Notes: generated by a model from the letters alone, not told the origin. A DNA stretch of 64,000 nt from Pseudomonadales bacterium (GCA_041395665.1 JAWLAB010000003.1:312173-376172); one strand, 5' to 3'; shown: positions 12,232 through 23,856, counted from the stretch's first letter. Numbers and translations are program-made.

Positions 12232-12972
12232 TTACCGTCCGTCATAATAGCGTGCAATTTTATGTAACCGCTTTTTGTCCTTCGCGTTGAGTTTTTTTAT
12301 TCCCATGTATTGTTTGTAAAACCATAAACGCCAACGCAGAGGAATGCATTCTCTGGCAATCTTATCTAAATGCGCTAAATCTTTAACAATACGGTATTCC
12401 AAAAATGGCCACACCCAAAATCGCCCACCTGGACAATCAAAGAAATACACATCCAAAGATTCTGTTACCAAAATATTTCGCCAATCCAAATCATTATGCG
12501 TAAATTGTTTCTGATGCATGATGCGTGTGTAGCTCGCTACTTTTTGGGCAATTACCAGAAAGTTAGCTTTTTCAAAAATTAGCTTACTTTTATTTTTAGC
12601 GAGACTCTCCAGATCGCTAGCACCCAACAACGCAGCCGTGACCAATGCGCCGCGCACAAACCGGCCAGCAATATATTCCTCACCGTAGGCAAGAATTTTT
12701 AGTGTTGGAATACCCTGCTGCTGAAACCAGAACAAATTTTCCCACTCTGCTCGCGCTCGTGAGCGTACAAAATACAAGCGAGTGCGCCGTTTGCCAGGCA
12801 CGAAGCGCTTCATATAAAACACTTCACCGTTGATTTCGTGCAGGGTAACCGTGTTACACGGCCCTTTACTTATACGCTTTCCCTGCAAGGCAAGACACTC
12901 TTCCATGGTTGCCAAACTATTTCTCAGGCCTTTCTCATCCGCCAGAGAAGTAACAGTCCATTGTGTTTTCAT
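12232..12972 (-). CDS. lipopolysaccharide kinase (Kdo/WaaP, InaA-like) family protein
   Basis: 246 aa with a eukaryotic-like kinase-fold catalytic loop (HNDLDWRNILV) followed by FFDCPGG. Confidence 0.65.
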   Translation of the reverse strand: MKTQWTVTSLADEKGLRNSLATMEECLALQGKRISKGPCNTVTLHEINGEVFYMKRFVPGKRRTRLYFVRSRARAEWENLFWFQQQGIPTLKILAYGEEYIAGRFVRGALVTAALLGASDLESLAKNKSKLIFEKANFLVIAQKVASYTRIMHQKQFTHNDLDWRNILVTESLDVYFFDCPGGRFWVWPFLEYRIVKDLAHLDKIARECIPLRWRLWFYKQYMGIKKLNAKDKKRLHKIARYYDGR

Positions 12973-12991
12973 TTCTTAGTCACTATCACTA

Positions 12992-15307
12992 CTATGAAAA
13001 ATCACGTGAGTAGGCATCATGTAACGCTTTCTGCATTTCAGCCGCAGAAGCGTAGCGATTTTCTGGATTTTTTTGCAAAGCTTTTGCAATGATGCGTTTT
13101 GCACTAGCAGGTAATTCAGGCCGCACCTCATCAACGGGCTTGTATTTGCATTGCACAATTTGAAAAGTGAGGTTGGCGATATTATCAGCTTTGAATGGAA
13201 GTTCACCCGTCAGTAATTGATAAAAAGTAACGCCCAAACTAAAAATATCGGTTTGCGAAGTCACTTGCTCACCGCGAATTTGTTCCGGCGACATATACAA
13301 CGGGCTACCCAATAAATCACCAGTTTTTGTGCGCGTGGCGGAACCGTCCATAATGCGCGCAATCCCTAAATCCGCCACTTTCACTTCATTGTTTTGTTCG
13401 TCGTAAAGAATATTGCTGGGCTTAATATCGCGATGAATAATGCCATGTGTGTGTGCACAATACAGCGCATCAGCTGCCATGGTCATGATGTAGTACACCA
13501 ACTCCACATCCAACAAGTAGCCTTTGTGTGTATGTGATGACAAGGCAACACCGCCCACATAGTCCATCGCGATATACGCTAAATCATGCTCTTCACCTAC
13601 ATCATGAATTGTCACGATATTGGGATGACGCAACTTACCTGCCGCCGTTGCTTCGCGAAAAAAACGCTCCTTAATATTCGGTAATTCCGATGCATCAAAT
13701 AAATTGTAATGCAGCGTTTTAATGGCAACTTGACGGGAAATTTTTGGATCAAAACCCAAATAAACGACGCCCATTGCTCCGCGTCCAATTTCACGCTGAA
13801 TTTGGTAACGCCCTAAATACTGCCTTGGCTCTTGTTTAGCCGCAGGTACATTCATTGACTGACGATTACGCGCGGTAGCCACGATGGTGGAATCTTCAAA
13901 ACCTGCCGTTACTGCAGCACCATCCATCGTTGGCTGAATTCTTTGCGTCATCTCTTGTTTGCGACTATCGGATTTTTTAAATACTTTTGACCACAACGAC
14001 TGTGGCTTTTGCACTGTGCGCGCCAACGCTGTTTTAGCAGCAGGATTAACGGCTGGGTTAACAAGGGGTTTCGCTGCTGGCTGATTAAAAGAGCGCTGCA
14101 CACACCACAAAAATACCAAGAGATGCCCAAAGCACAAAAACACCAGCCACTGTGAAATAGGAAACCATTCACGATGTACGCTCAACATAATTTGTTGCGC
14201 CAATATCAGCGCCAAAGCCATCAATCCTGATAGCAACGCCCCCAAGCGCACACTCAGTAATGGCAGCGCAAACAAATAAAATGCCAACGCAATAGAAATA
14301 CACACATGCAATAATAAAAACGATTTAAAAGGTGCAGCAAAGCTAGCCTGACTCAAACTAGCAACCGACAACAATAAATCATCAGCATCCAAATCATTTT
14401 CTTCGCCAATCACTACCACTTTATTCTGCAACAAACGCAATGCTGACTGATCTTTAACACTGGATAACGAATAGCGAATGCTCGACGGCAACGAAAAGCC
14501 ATCATCAATTGAAAAGAAAGGCAAAACCTCAGCCGCTTTTGATGTAGAAATTAAGGTATCTTGAATTTTTATACCCTGTATCGGCAACCATTCAGGCTTT
14601 CGTGCATTCTGTTGCAGAGTAAAAAGCGCTAAACGCGCATCGTAACGAACAGCGTCTTCACCCTGCCAAAGTAGCGACTTAGACAAAGTACCGCGTTGTG
14701 TTTGCGGCGCTGAAATCCCAATTAACTCACCTGAGCCATTGGGTAATAACGGTAATGTTTTTCCAAGCAATGATGGCGCAGTGGCGGCATCACTCATCAC
14801 TTTTGTTCTCAACACACGCTCGTTGGCTAATAGCGAACGATAGGTAGACATTCTGCCGGCCACCACTCGCAACCACTCTGATGAATCAGCAATTATCGAA
14901 GGCTGAGCGTGTTCCAATAAATCATTGAGACTGTATTCATTCCATAGATTATCGTGCAGTACCAACGCAGCAGCTTTCATGCTACTGGCTTGTAATTGTG
15001 CAAGAAACGCCATCATGTCAGCTGCGCCAGCAGGGTCATGCATGAAACGCTGCATCTCTTTACGCGGGACATCAATTCGAACAAATGTCGGCGCCAGATC
15101 ATCCATATGGCCTTGTAATCTCACACCCAGCCGAAACAGCGCTCGATCAATTCCATTAAAGCCAGACAAGCTTGACGAATTTCCAGCCAAGCCTATTGCG
15201 AAAAAAAACAGGGAGAACAGTAGCAAAAAAACTTTGGCATCCAATAACGCCGACAATAATTGCCAGCGTTTATGATGGACTTGCGCCCGAATTTTCACAG
15301 CGTTCAC
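12992..15307 (-). CDS. CHASE2-sensor transmembrane Ser/Thr protein kinase
   Basis: 771 aa. N-terminal TM segment and a large extracytoplasmic region, then three TM segments and a Pro/Ala/Lys-rich linker. The C-terminal Hanks kinase domain has GRGAMGVVY, AIK, HRDIKPSNIL, DLG (in place of DFG) and SPE. Confidence 0.75.
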   Translation of the reverse strand: MNAVKIRAQVHHKRWQLLSALLDAKVFLLLFSLFFFAIGLAGNSSSLSGFNGIDRALFRLGVRLQGHMDDLAPTFVRIDVPRKEMQRFMHDPAGAADMMAFLAQLQASSMKAAALVLHDNLWNEYSLNDLLEHAQPSIIADSSEWLRVVAGRMSTYRSLLANERVLRTKVMSDAATAPSLLGKTLPLLPNGSGELIGISAPQTQRGTLSKSLLWQGEDAVRYDARLALFTLQQNARKPEWLPIQGIKIQDTLISTSKAAEVLPFFSIDDGFSLPSSIRYSLSSVKDQSALRLLQNKVVVIGEENDLDADDLLLSVASLSQASFAAPFKSFLLLHVCISIALAFYLFALPLLSVRLGALLSGLMALALILAQQIMLSVHREWFPISQWLVFLCFGHLLVFLWCVQRSFNQPAAKPLVNPAVNPAAKTALARTVQKPQSLWSKVFKKSDSRKQEMTQRIQPTMDGAAVTAGFEDSTIVATARNRQSMNVPAAKQEPRQYLGRYQIQREIGRGAMGVVYLGFDPKISRQVAIKTLHYNLFDASELPNIKERFFREATAAGKLRHPNIVTIHDVGEEHDLAYIAMDYVGGVALSSHTHKGYLLDVELVYYIMTMAADALYCAHTHGIIHRDIKPSNILYDEQNNEVKVADLGIARIMDGSATRTKTGDLLGSPLYMSPEQIRGEQVTSQTDIFSLGVTFYQLLTGELPFKADNIANLTFQIVQCKYKPVDEVRPELPASAKRIIAKALQKNPENRYASAAEMQKALHDAYSRDFS

Positions 15308-15329
15308 CCTGCTCTGACACTACACACTT

Positions 15330-17264
15330 TTATAGTGCGTCGCCTTCTGGATTCCCTTCGCTATTTTCTGTCGAAGTCTCTCTTCTCTCAATTTTAGCCA
15401 CTTGACGCAAAGCCTGTTGATACAAAGAGAAATCATCCGAACCCACTCGCCCATTCATTCCCGTTTGGACGCTGGCATACTCTGAATTGGTTTTATCTGC
15501 TTTTACATGATTTACTGCCAATAAATGCATCACCACCCAATCACCATCATTCAACTGAAAGGATTGTGTCGCTGCTGCATCTGCAGGGTTAGTATTCAAT
15601 GTAAATGCCTGTGCCACCAATTCAGCATCAGCACCACTCGCTGTATTTGCCTTTTGATTTTCCAATACTTTACGCGTCAATTTTTCTGCGTCGGCAATAT
15701 CGCTTAGGCTTTTTCCAGATTGCATTTTCTGTTGAATGGTGTCCACCTGCGCTTTTAACTGACTGGCTGCTTGCTCCGCTTTTAATGCAGCGATAATGTC
15801 AGCTTTCACGGATTCCAATGCTTTCGGTTTTGGCATTTGATGAGATGCCACGCGAATAACTACCGATCGGCCAGCAGACAACTCAATGACTTGGCTATTT
15901 CTACCGGAGTCCAGCAAATCCTCAGAAAACGCAGCATCGATGACCTTTTGTTGTGCAGCAAGACCTTTTCCGCCGCGACGACCAAAAGGCTCCGTTTTCT
16001 TCACTTCCATTTTCAATTCAACCGCAGGGCCTGCAAGATCGCCTGCGCTGTAAGTGCTATCCGCCACTTGGCTAATTTTCTCTGAATACACCGCATCGGC
16101 TTTGTCGTGCGCCAGCTGTTCTTTCAACGCAGACTTGCGCTCATCCCATGAAGGGAATGTTGTGTCTTTTTTTCCAAGTAATTTAATAATGTGGTAGCCA
16201 TAGCGCGTTTTAATGGGTTGAGAAAAATCACCCACCTGCGCCAATGCTGCCAACGCTTTTTCAAACTCAGGCTCAAAGACATCACCAGCACTAAACCCAA
16301 CATCACCACCCATGACGGCAGATTCTTTGTCGTCAGAATATTTTTTAGCAAGCGCAGAAAAATCACCGCCCTCTTTCAATTTTGCTTCAACCTCATTCAA
16401 TGTTACTTGTTGCGAGCCATCCGCTTTTTCTTCAATCATTATGTGCGCAGCGTGGCGCTCAACAGAAGGCTTAAAGGCAGCTGCCTCTTTATCATAGGCT
16501 TCTTTAATTTCATCTTCACTGACTTCAGCTTGATGAGAAAGCTCTTCTTTGTTGAGATCCAAATACTCCAGCACTACGGTTTCTTCTGTCATGAATTCAT
16601 TCGCATGATCTTTGAAGTACTGCTCAACGGCTTTTTCATCCGGTTGGATCTTATCAGCCACTTCTTTTTCAGATAAACGCACGAATTCAAAATTTCTGCT
16701 TTGGCCAACTAAAGAAACTGCAGCATCTATTTGTTTCTCTGTCACAAAAGCAGTATCTGTAATACCACGCTGTAATTGCTCCATTGCGAGCGCATCATTT
16801 AAACGCGCGCGGTATATTGCTGGCGTCATACCTGCATTACGCAGTTTTTCTTTAAAAGTATCTGGATCGAAACGCTGCCCATCTTTACTGAACTCCGGTG
16901 TGCGCACAATTTCACGATCAATACTGCCTGGCGCCGCAACCAATTTCATTTTAATCAGCTGTTGCGATAGCAATGTTCTATTGATCAACGACTCGATAGC
17001 CGGCTCACGCAGCATTTTATCGGTCAAAAAAGAGGAATCTATTTTTCCTTTAAACATTTCGCTGTAACGCTCACGCGCCATGCTGACCGCTTGGTTAATT
17101 TGCTGTTCACTGATATCGGTGCCATTAATAGTGAGTGGCGCTTTAACATTACCGCTGCGACTAAAAAGCGACTCTACCCCCCACAACGCAAACACCACAC
17201 AAATAAAACCGATAATCACAATAGCAAAAATGCCCTGCATTTTTTCACGCATTGCTCCAATCAT
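15330..17264 (-). CDS. ppiD: periplasmic chaperone / peptidyl-prolyl isomerase PpiD
   Basis: Start trimmed to the ATG at 17264 (MIGAMREKMQGIFAIVIIG... TM anchor). A parvulin-like segment is present (GYHIIKL). Canonical position downstream of hupB. The longer ORF would run through the hupB terminator. Confidence 0.8.
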   Translation of the reverse strand: MIGAMREKMQGIFAIVIIGFICVVFALWGVESLFSRSGNVKAPLTINGTDISEQQINQAVSMARERYSEMFKGKIDSSFLTDKMLREPAIESLINRTLLSQQLIKMKLVAAPGSIDREIVRTPEFSKDGQRFDPDTFKEKLRNAGMTPAIYRARLNDALAMEQLQRGITDTAFVTEKQIDAAVSLVGQSRNFEFVRLSEKEVADKIQPDEKAVEQYFKDHANEFMTEETVVLEYLDLNKEELSHQAEVSEDEIKEAYDKEAAAFKPSVERHAAHIMIEEKADGSQQVTLNEVEAKLKEGGDFSALAKKYSDDKESAVMGGDVGFSAGDVFEPEFEKALAALAQVGDFSQPIKTRYGYHIIKLLGKKDTTFPSWDERKSALKEQLAHDKADAVYSEKISQVADSTYSAGDLAGPAVELKMEVKKTEPFGRRGGKGLAAQQKVIDAAFSEDLLDSGRNSQVIELSAGRSVVIRVASHQMPKPKALESVKADIIAALKAEQAASQLKAQVDTIQQKMQSGKSLSDIADAEKLTRKVLENQKANTASGADAELVAQAFTLNTNPADAAATQSFQLNDGDWVVMHLLAVNHVKADKTNSEYASVQTGMNGRVGSDDFSLYQQALRQVAKIERRETSTENSEGNPEGDAL

Positions 17265-17297
17265 ACGAGCCTCACTAAAAATGGATGCGGCATGGTA

Positions 17298-17325
17298 ACA
17301 AAAAAGGCGCATAAAAATGCGCCTC
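17298..17325 (-). terminator. rho-independent terminator downstream of hupB
   Basis: On the minus strand: AGGCGCA-tttta-TGCGCCT stem-loop (17305-17324) followed by a T6 run. Confidence 0.7.
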
Positions 17326-17374
17326 TCGTTTATTTTCCTGCTATTTTTCAGCAGATTACAGCATATAGACGCTC

Positions 17375-17647
17375 TCAGTTCAGCGCGTCTTTCAAGCCTT
17401 TGCCCGGCTTAAATGAAGGCTGCTTAGATGCTTTGATTTCCAGCGCTTCACCTGTCTTTGGATTGCGGCCTGTACGGGCAGCACGCTCTTTCACGGCAAA
17501 AGTACCGAAACCAACCAAAGTCACTTGGTCGTTGTTTTTTAGTGCTTGCGTAATGCTGTCAACAACAGCGTCCAGCGCACGACCGGCTTGCGCTTTGTTC
17601 AAATCTGCAGCAGTCGCGATTGCATCAACTAATTCTGTTTTATTCAC
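17375..17647 (-). CDS. hupB: DNA-binding protein HU-beta
   Basis: 90 aa: [11 protein letters not shown]...[33 protein letters not shown] start with an AAGGGG Shine-Dalgarno 7 nt upstream. Confidence 0.9.
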   Translation of the reverse strand: MNKTELVDAIATAADLNKAQAGRALDAVVDSITQALKNNDQVTLVGFGTFAVKERAARTGRNPKTGEALEIKASKQPSFKPGKGLKDALN

Positions 17648-17793
17648 AAATAACCCCTTGGATGTTTTCCATTGAAATTTTGTCTGGGTGGCGTGGCAGT
17701 AGCCTACTTATGCACTCGCGGTTTCCTGTTATCTGCAGCTGACTTACTAGCGTCGCTGCGACTAGCCGGACTACGCAACCAGCGAGGGCGGTT

Positions 17794-17822
17794 TTTATAC
17801 CCTCGCCACTGCTAAGGGTCAA
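17794..17822 (-). promoter_or_regulatory. sigma70-type promoter for hupB (TTGACC-N17-TATAAA)
   Basis: Minus strand reads TTGACC (17822-17817), a 17-nt spacer, then TATAAA (17799-17794). This implies a leader of about 140 nt. Confidence 0.55.
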
Positions 17823-17875
17823 GCCAACTTTTTACATTCTGCAATATTCATCGCATATTTCTACTGTCAATCCGC

Positions 17876-20281
17876 TTAATGTGTGCTGATTCGCTCAATA
17901 TTGCTCTTGCCAGCAGCCTTGTCTTCTGAAGCGCTACCTGCAGCATAGGCTTCATCACTCAGCGGCTCCGGCATATATTGCAAAGCTATTTCCAAAACTT
18001 CGTCTATCCACTTCACCGGCTTGATCAATAATTCTTCTTTGATGTTGTCAGGAATTTCTTTTAAATCGCGCTCGTTTTCTTGCGGAATAATCACTGTACG
18101 AATGCCGCCGCGATGTGCCGCCAGCAACTTCTCTTTTAAGCCGCCAATCGGCAGCACTTGTCCGCGCAGCGTGATTTCCCCTGTCATCGCCACATCCGCG
18201 CGCACCGGTATGTTGGTCAGCACAGAAACCATCGCCGTACACATGGCGATGCCGGCACTGGGGCCATCCTTCGGCGCAGCACCTTCCGGCACGTGAATGT
18301 GCAGATCAAATTTCTCATGGAAGTTCGCCGGAATACCCAAGGCCTGCGAGCGACTGCGCACCACCGTCAGCGCCGCTTGGATAGACTCCTGCATCACATC
18401 GCCCAGCGAGCCGGTTTTCACGATAGCGCCTTTGCCCTTTACTGCTGCCGATTCAATGGTCAGCAACTCACCGCCCACTTGCGTCCACGCCAAGCCCGTT
18501 ACTTGCCCGACTTTGCTCTCCTCCTCGGCGCGACCGTAATTGAACTTGCGCACACCCGAATACGCTTCCAAGTTGTCGCCCGTGATGACCATTAAATCAG
18601 GCTTACTTTTGCGACTACCACTAGCCTTCACTACTTTGCGGCAAATCTTTGCCAACTGCCTTTCCAATCCGCGCACACCTGCTTCGCGTGTATAAAAACG
18701 AATCAAATCGGTGATGGCTTCATCGGAAATTTCACATTCTTTTTTATCCAAACCATTGGCTTTGAATTGCTTAGGAATGAGATAGCGTTTGGCGATATTT
18801 AATTTCTCATCTTCGGTGTAGCCAGGGATGCGAATAATTTCCATGCGATCCAACAATGGCCCCGGAATATTCATCGAGTTGGCCGTGCAAATGAACATCA
18901 CATTGGATAAATCATAGTCCACTTCCAAATAGTGATCGTTGAATGTGCTGTTCTGTTCAGGATCAAGCACTTCCAACAGTGCGGAAGCAGGATCGCCGCG
19001 ATGATCCATACCTATTTTGTCAATTTCATCAAATAAAAACAGCGGATTGTTTGCTTCCACTTTGGCTAATTTTTGCAGCAACTTGCCCGGCATTGAGCCG
19101 ATGTAAGTACGGCGGTGACCGCGAATTTCCGCTTCATCCCGCACGCCGCCCAACGCCATACGCACAAACTTGCGATTGGTCGCGCGCGCAATGGATTCAC
19201 CCAGTGAAGTTTTACCTACCCCTGGTGGCCCCACCAAACACAACACAGAGCCGCGTAATTTTTTCACACGCTGCTGTACGGCTAAATATTCCAAAATGCG
19301 TTCTTTCACTTCATCTAAACCGTAGTGGTCTTGATTGAGTATTTCTTCTGCTCGTTTCAAATCATGGCGCAAGCGCGTTTGCTTGCCCCAAGGCATGGAA
19401 GTCATCCAATCGATAAAGCTGCGTACCACCGAGGCTTCTGCCGACATCGGTGACATCATTTTTAATTTAGCCAATTCACGGCGCGTTTTTTCTTCTGCCT
19501 CTGGCGACATACGCGCTTCGACAATTTTCTTTTCCAAATCGCCCAGCTCATCGCCAGACTCTGCATTCCCTAACTCTTTTTGTATCGCCTTCATTTGTTC
19601 GTTGAGGTAATACTCGCGTTGACTGCGCTCCATTTGTTTTTTTACACGCCCGCGAATGCGTTTTTCCATCTGAAACAAATCAATTTCCGCTTCCATCACA
19701 CCGAGCAAATGCTCAGCACGCACCACAGGATCCGCCAGCTCTAGTAGAGCTTGTTTTTGATCAATGCTAATCGGCATGTGCGCAGCAATGGCATCCACCA
19801 AGCGACCGAGATTATCAATCGCCGTCAATGCACTTTGTGTTTCAGCAGGGATTTTTTTACTCAGCGTAGAAAACTCTTCAAATTGCTTGAGCAAAATCAC
19901 CATCAACGGTTCTACTGCTTGCGACGCGGCAGCGGGTTCCGATAACTTTTCAATTTCAGCGGTGAAATAGTCGCCACCATCCCACAACTGTTGAATCGTG
20001 GCGCGCGCACCACCTTCCACTAACACTTTGACGGTATCGTCATGCAATTTGAACAGCTGCAAAATCGTGGCGACCGTTCCCACTTCATGCAAATCACTCG
20101 CCGCAGGATCATCTGCCGTCGCTTCTCGTTGTGCGACCAAGACCACTTGTTTATCGGTTGCCATTGCCTGCTCTAAGGCTTTGATCGATTTATCGCGCCC
20201 GACAAACAAAGGAATCACCATGTGCGGATAAACCACCACATCGCGCAAGGGTAAAAGCGGTAACACTTGAGATTGACTCAT
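17876..20281 (-). CDS. lon: ATP-dependent protease Lon
   Basis: Start trimmed to the ATG at 20281 ([29 protein letters not shown]), preceded by GGAGG. Walker [10 protein letters not shown] and protease motif PKDGPSAG. 801 aa. Confidence 0.95.
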   Translation of the reverse strand: MSQSQVLPLLPLRDVVVYPHMVIPLFVGRDKSIKALEQAMATDKQVVLVAQREATADDPAASDLHEVGTVATILQLFKLHDDTVKVLVEGGARATIQQLWDGGDYFTAEIEKLSEPAAASQAVEPLMVILLKQFEEFSTLSKKIPAETQSALTAIDNLGRLVDAIAAHMPISIDQKQALLELADPVVRAEHLLGVMEAEIDLFQMEKRIRGRVKKQMERSQREYYLNEQMKAIQKELGNAESGDELGDLEKKIVEARMSPEAEEKTRRELAKLKMMSPMSAEASVVRSFIDWMTSMPWGKQTRLRHDLKRAEEILNQDHYGLDEVKERILEYLAVQQRVKKLRGSVLCLVGPPGVGKTSLGESIARATNRKFVRMALGGVRDEAEIRGHRRTYIGSMPGKLLQKLAKVEANNPLFLFDEIDKIGMDHRGDPASALLEVLDPEQNSTFNDHYLEVDYDLSNVMFICTANSMNIPGPLLDRMEIIRIPGYTEDEKLNIAKRYLIPKQFKANGLDKKECEISDEAITDLIRFYTREAGVRGLERQLAKICRKVVKASGSRKSKPDLMVITGDNLEAYSGVRKFNYGRAEEESKVGQVTGLAWTQVGGELLTIESAAVKGKGAIVKTGSLGDVMQESIQAALTVVRSRSQALGIPANFHEKFDLHIHVPEGAAPKDGPSAGIAMCTAMVSVLTNIPVRADVAMTGEITLRGQVLPIGGLKEKLLAAHRGGIRTVIIPQENERDLKEIPDNIKEELLIKPVKWIDEVLEIALQYMPEPLSDEAYAAGSASEDKAAGKSNIERISTH

Positions 20282-20380
20282 TATTTCCTCCGACACAGCC
20301 CACACTGGCGTGCACTCTTTTTACAGTCTAGCCGAGAAATTACTCACTGAGAAATAACAAACTTTTCTATTTCTGATCCA

Positions 20381-20409
20381 AAAAAAAGCGACTCGGAAGT
20401 CGCCTTTTT
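20381..20409 (-). terminator. probable rho-independent terminator after clpX
   Basis: GCGAC/GTCGC stem (20388-20403) flanked by A7 on the plus strand and T5, so it could act in either direction. The stem is short. Confidence 0.45.
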
Positions 20410-20427
20410 GTTCTGCTGTTAATGCGT

Positions 20428-21723
20428 TTATTCGCTGGCAGCTGCCTTTGGTGCAACAGGGGGTGCAACAGGCGCTTCCACCGATTGATACACCAGCAGC
20501 GGTTCTGAATCACCAGAAATTACCGGCTCATCAATTACCACTTTGCAGACATTTTCTTCAGACGGTAAACGGTACATGGTGTCTAACAGCACATTTTCAA
20601 GGATAGAACGCAGGCCGCGCGCACCCGTTTTGCGCTCCATGGCCTTTCTTGCCACGGCACGCAGAGCGTCTTCACGGAAATCAATTTCTACGCCTTCCAT
20701 ATCGAACAAACGCGCATACTGTTTAGTCAGCGAGTTGCGCGGCTCAGTCAGAATACTCATCAATGCCGCTTCGTCCAATTCCTCCAGTGTGGCAATAATT
20801 GGCAAACGACCGACAAACTCTGGAATCAAACCGTAGCGCACCAAATCTTCCGGCTCTAATTCCTTCAGCGATTCGCCAACATTTTTGCTGGAATCTTTGC
20901 TTTTGATATCCGCACTAAAACCGATGCCACCTTTTTCAAAGCGGTCACGAATCACTTTATCCAAACCAGCAAATGCACCGCCACAAATGAACAGAATATT
21001 GCGTGTATCCACTTGCAAGAACTCTTGCTGTGGATGCTTGCGACCACCTTGCGGCGGCACCGAAGCCACGGTGCCTTCAATCAGTTTCAACAGTGCTTGC
21101 TGCACGCCTTCACCCGACACATCGCGCGTGATGGATGGGTTATCGGATTTGCGCGAAATTTTGTCGATTTCGTCGATATAGACAATACCGATCTGTGCTT
21201 TTTCGACATCGTAATCGCACTTCTGCAACAATTTTTGGATGATGTTTTCCACATCTTCACCGACATAACCCGCTTCGGTCAGCGTGGTGGCATCGGCAAT
21301 GGTGAACGGCACATCCAACATGCGCGCCAAGGTTTCTGCCAACAGCGTTTTACCGCTGCCCGTTGGCCCGACCATCAAAATATTGCTTTTGCTCAACTCA
21401 ACATCGCCGTCTTTTTTCGCACCGCCAGCGCGTAAGCGTTTGTAGTGGTTGTAAACAGCAACCGCGAGAATTTTTTTAGCGCGCTGCTGACCAATAACAT
21501 ACTGATCCAGCGTATCTTTGATTTCTTGCGGCGTAGGCAACTTATCACTGCCGGTTTCCGCTGCGCTTTCTTGAATTTCTTCACGAATAATGTCGTTGCA
21601 CAAATCCACGCATTCATCGCAAATGAATACCGAAGGACCTGCAATCAATTTTTTAACTTCGTGCTGGCTTTTGCCGCAAAACGAGCAGTACAGCAATTTA
21701 CCGTCGTCGCCAGTTTTGGCCAT
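20428..21723 (-). CDS. clpX: ATP-dependent Clp protease ATP-binding subunit ClpX
   Basis: 431 aa. Zinc-binding N-terminus [27 protein letters not shown] and Walker A GPTGSGKT. Confidence 0.95.
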   Translation of the reverse strand: MAKTGDDGKLLYCSFCGKSQHEVKKLIAGPSVFICDECVDLCNDIIREEIQESAAETGSDKLPTPQEIKDTLDQYVIGQQRAKKILAVAVYNHYKRLRAGGAKKDGDVELSKSNILMVGPTGSGKTLLAETLARMLDVPFTIADATTLTEAGYVGEDVENIIQKLLQKCDYDVEKAQIGIVYIDEIDKISRKSDNPSITRDVSGEGVQQALLKLIEGTVASVPPQGGRKHPQQEFLQVDTRNILFICGGAFAGLDKVIRDRFEKGGIGFSADIKSKDSSKNVGESLKELEPEDLVRYGLIPEFVGRLPIIATLEELDEAALMSILTEPRNSLTKQYARLFDMEGVEIDFREDALRAVARKAMERKTGARGLRSILENVLLDTMYRLPSEENVCKVVIDEPVISGDSEPLLVYQSVEAPVAPPVAPKAAASE

Positions 21724-21799
21724 ATCAATTCTCCACCGAGCTCTGCTTCAGACAACTATGCTTTTGGATATATGCTTTTGGATAATAACAGCGCTGCCG

Positions 21800-22438
21800 T
21801 TATTTGACAGCACTGGCTAATACGCGACGATCTAACACTTCGTCGATCAAACCAAACGCTTTTGACTGTTCTGCACTCATAAAGTTATCGCGCTCTGTTT
21901 CACGCGCAATGGTTTCAACCGGTTGACCGGTGTGTTCCGCCATAATTTCGTTGAGGCGCTGACGAATTTTGATAATTTCCTCAGCGTGAATAAGGATATC
22001 GGTCGCCTGACCCTGCGCACCGCCGCTAGGCTGGTGAATCATGGTGCGCGAATTAGGCAAGCAATAACGCTTACCTTTTGCGCCGCCCGCCAGCAGGAAC
22101 GCACCCATGCTGCACGCCTGACCAATACACATGGTGCTGACATCCGGCTTGATGAACTGCATGGTGTCGTAGATCGACATGCCCGCCGTTACCGAACCGC
22201 CGGGGGAATTGATGTAGAGGTGGATATCTTTGTCGGGGTTTTCTGCTTCCAGAAACAACAGCTGCGCCACCACCACATTCGCCATGTAATCTTCAACAGG
22301 GCCAACCAAAAACACCACGCGCTCTTTGAGCAGACGAGAATAGATGTCAAAAGACCGCTCACCGCGAGCTGTCTGCTCGATCACCATTGGAATCAAACCG
22401 ACATTTTGTGGCGATTGGATAATACTGCTCATGGTCAT
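21800..22438 (-). CDS. clpP: ATP-dependent Clp protease proteolytic subunit ClpP
   Basis: 212 aa with [17 protein letters not shown] and the active-site context [11 protein letters not shown]. Confidence 0.95.
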   Translation of the reverse strand: MTMSSIIQSPQNVGLIPMVIEQTARGERSFDIYSRLLKERVVFLVGPVEDYMANVVVAQLLFLEAENPDKDIHLYINSPGGSVTAGMSIYDTMQFIKPDVSTMCIGQACSMGAFLLAGGAKGKRYCLPNSRTMIHQPSGGAQGQATDILIHAEEIIKIRQRLNEIMAEHTGQPVETIARETERDNFMSAEQSKAFGLIDEVLDRRVLASAVK

Positions 22439-22484
22439 ATTCCCTCTTTATTAACGCGTTGGAGTTAGCTGATCAGAGTCTACC

Positions 22485-23810
22485 TTACTCTGCATCAGCC
22501 TCCTCGCCTTTGCTGATCACTTCTTGGTAGCTGGCGGTGCGGTTTTCAACCTGCGCTTTGCCGAGAATCAACTCAACCACCAAATCTTCCAGCACCATGT
22601 TTTCAATGCCAGACAGCAACTGCTTGTTGCCCATGTAATGATCGATCACTTCTTTTGGCTCTCTGTAGCCCGCCGCCAGCTCTTCTACTTTGCTGCGCAC
22701 GCTGGCTTGATCCGGCTTGATGTCGTGCTTGCGGATGATTTCAGCGAAGATCAAGCCGGTGGTGACGCGCTTCTTCGCCTGCTCGGCAAACATGTCATCA
22801 GGGAAGATAGACGCAGCATCGATCTGCTTCGCCATCTCGCCAAACTGCTGCAACATCTGGTTTCTCATTGCACCAATTTCATTTTTAATCAATGCGTTAG
22901 GTAGCTGAACTTCATGTAGTTTCAGAAGTTCGTCGATCACAGCTGTTTTCAATTTATTCAGCGCCGCATTCTTCACTTCACGCGCCATATTCTTGCTCAC
23001 TTCCGCGCGGAAGGCTTCCAAGCCGCCCGTTTCCACACCAAAGTGCTTGAAGAACTCGTCGTTCAGCTCGGGCTGTTTTTTCTCAGACACTTTGTGCAGC
23101 TTGATTTTGAATTCAACCGCTTGGCCTTTCAGCTCTTCGCTGTGGTAGTCCGCAGGGAAAGACAGCGCCAGCGTTTTTTCATCACCGGCTTTCATGCCGA
23201 CGATGCCGTCTTCGAAGCCAGGAATCATCTGACCAGAACCCAAGGTCAACGGGCTGTTTTCACCTTTGCCACCGGCAAACGCTTCGCCACCTTTGAAGCC
23301 TTCAAAGTCGATCAGGACTTGATCACCATTCTGTGCAGCGCGCTCAACAGGTTCGAAACGCGCTTGCTGGTCGCGCAGCGATTCGATGGTTTTGTCGATG
23401 TCGGCATCCGTCACTGAACCTTCGAGGCGTACAACAGAGACTTTGCTCATGTCGCCGACCGTGATTTCAGGGAAGATTTCAAAAGTCGCAACGAACTCGA
23501 AATCTTTACCTTCCAAATCTTCGCCTTTGGCTTCAATCGACGGCATGCCCGCTGGTTGCAGTTTTTCTTGCTGTACCGCTTCAAAGTAAGCACGGTTGAT
23601 CATGTCGCCCAGCACTTCTTGGCGCACGCCGCGACCAAAACGCTGACGCACCACTTTCATCGGTACTTTGCCGCGACGGAAACCGTCCAAGCGCACATCG
23701 CCAGCGGCGCGTTGCAGGCGTTTATCCACTTCGGCATCAATTTGTGTGGCGGGCAGACCCACGGTCATACGGCGTTCAAGGGAAGATACGGTTTCAACCG
23801 AGACTTGCAT
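22485..23810 (-). CDS. tig: trigger factor
   Basis: ATG at 23810 (MQVSVETVSSLERRMTV). 441 aa. Canonical tig-clpP-clpX-lon order. Confidence 0.9.
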   Translation of the reverse strand: MQVSVETVSSLERRMTVGLPATQIDAEVDKRLQRAAGDVRLDGFRRGKVPMKVVRQRFGRGVRQEVLGDMINRAYFEAVQQEKLQPAGMPSIEAKGEDLEGKDFEFVATFEIFPEITVGDMSKVSVVRLEGSVTDADIDKTIESLRDQQARFEPVERAAQNGDQVLIDFEGFKGGEAFAGGKGENSPLTLGSGQMIPGFEDGIVGMKAGDEKTLALSFPADYHSEELKGQAVEFKIKLHKVSEKKQPELNDEFFKHFGVETGGLEAFRAEVSKNMAREVKNAALNKLKTAVIDELLKLHEVQLPNALIKNEIGAMRNQMLQQFGEMAKQIDAASIFPDDMFAEQAKKRVTTGLIFAEIIRKHDIKPDQASVRSKVEELAAGYREPKEVIDHYMGNKQLLSGIENMVLEDLVVELILGKAQVENRTASYQEVISKGEEADAE

Positions 23811-23856
23811 GATCAATCAACCTCATTGTTCAAGGATTAGTAATTAGAAATAAAGA

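Noticed and set aside
17091-17675. Long antisense ORFs throughout the window. Examples: 17091-17675 (194 aa), 21923-22468 (181 aa), 27295-28035 (246 aa), 45259-45858 (199 aa), 51830-52498 (222 aa), 52536-53387 (283 aa), 60178-60681 (167 aa).
   Set aside because: Each lies entirely opposite a strongly conserved gene (ppiD/hupB, clpP, ETF-QO, trpB, ACADs, MCP). Their composition is low-complexity and Arg/Ala/His-rich, typical of antisense frames, and they contain no recognisable motifs.
20303-20331. Sigma32-like heat-shock promoter upstream of lon (CTAGACT-N14-CGCCAGTG on the minus strand).
   Set aside because: Only about 4/7 and 5/8 matches to CTTGAAA / CCCCATNT. This is too weak to report as a feature without experimental or comparative support.
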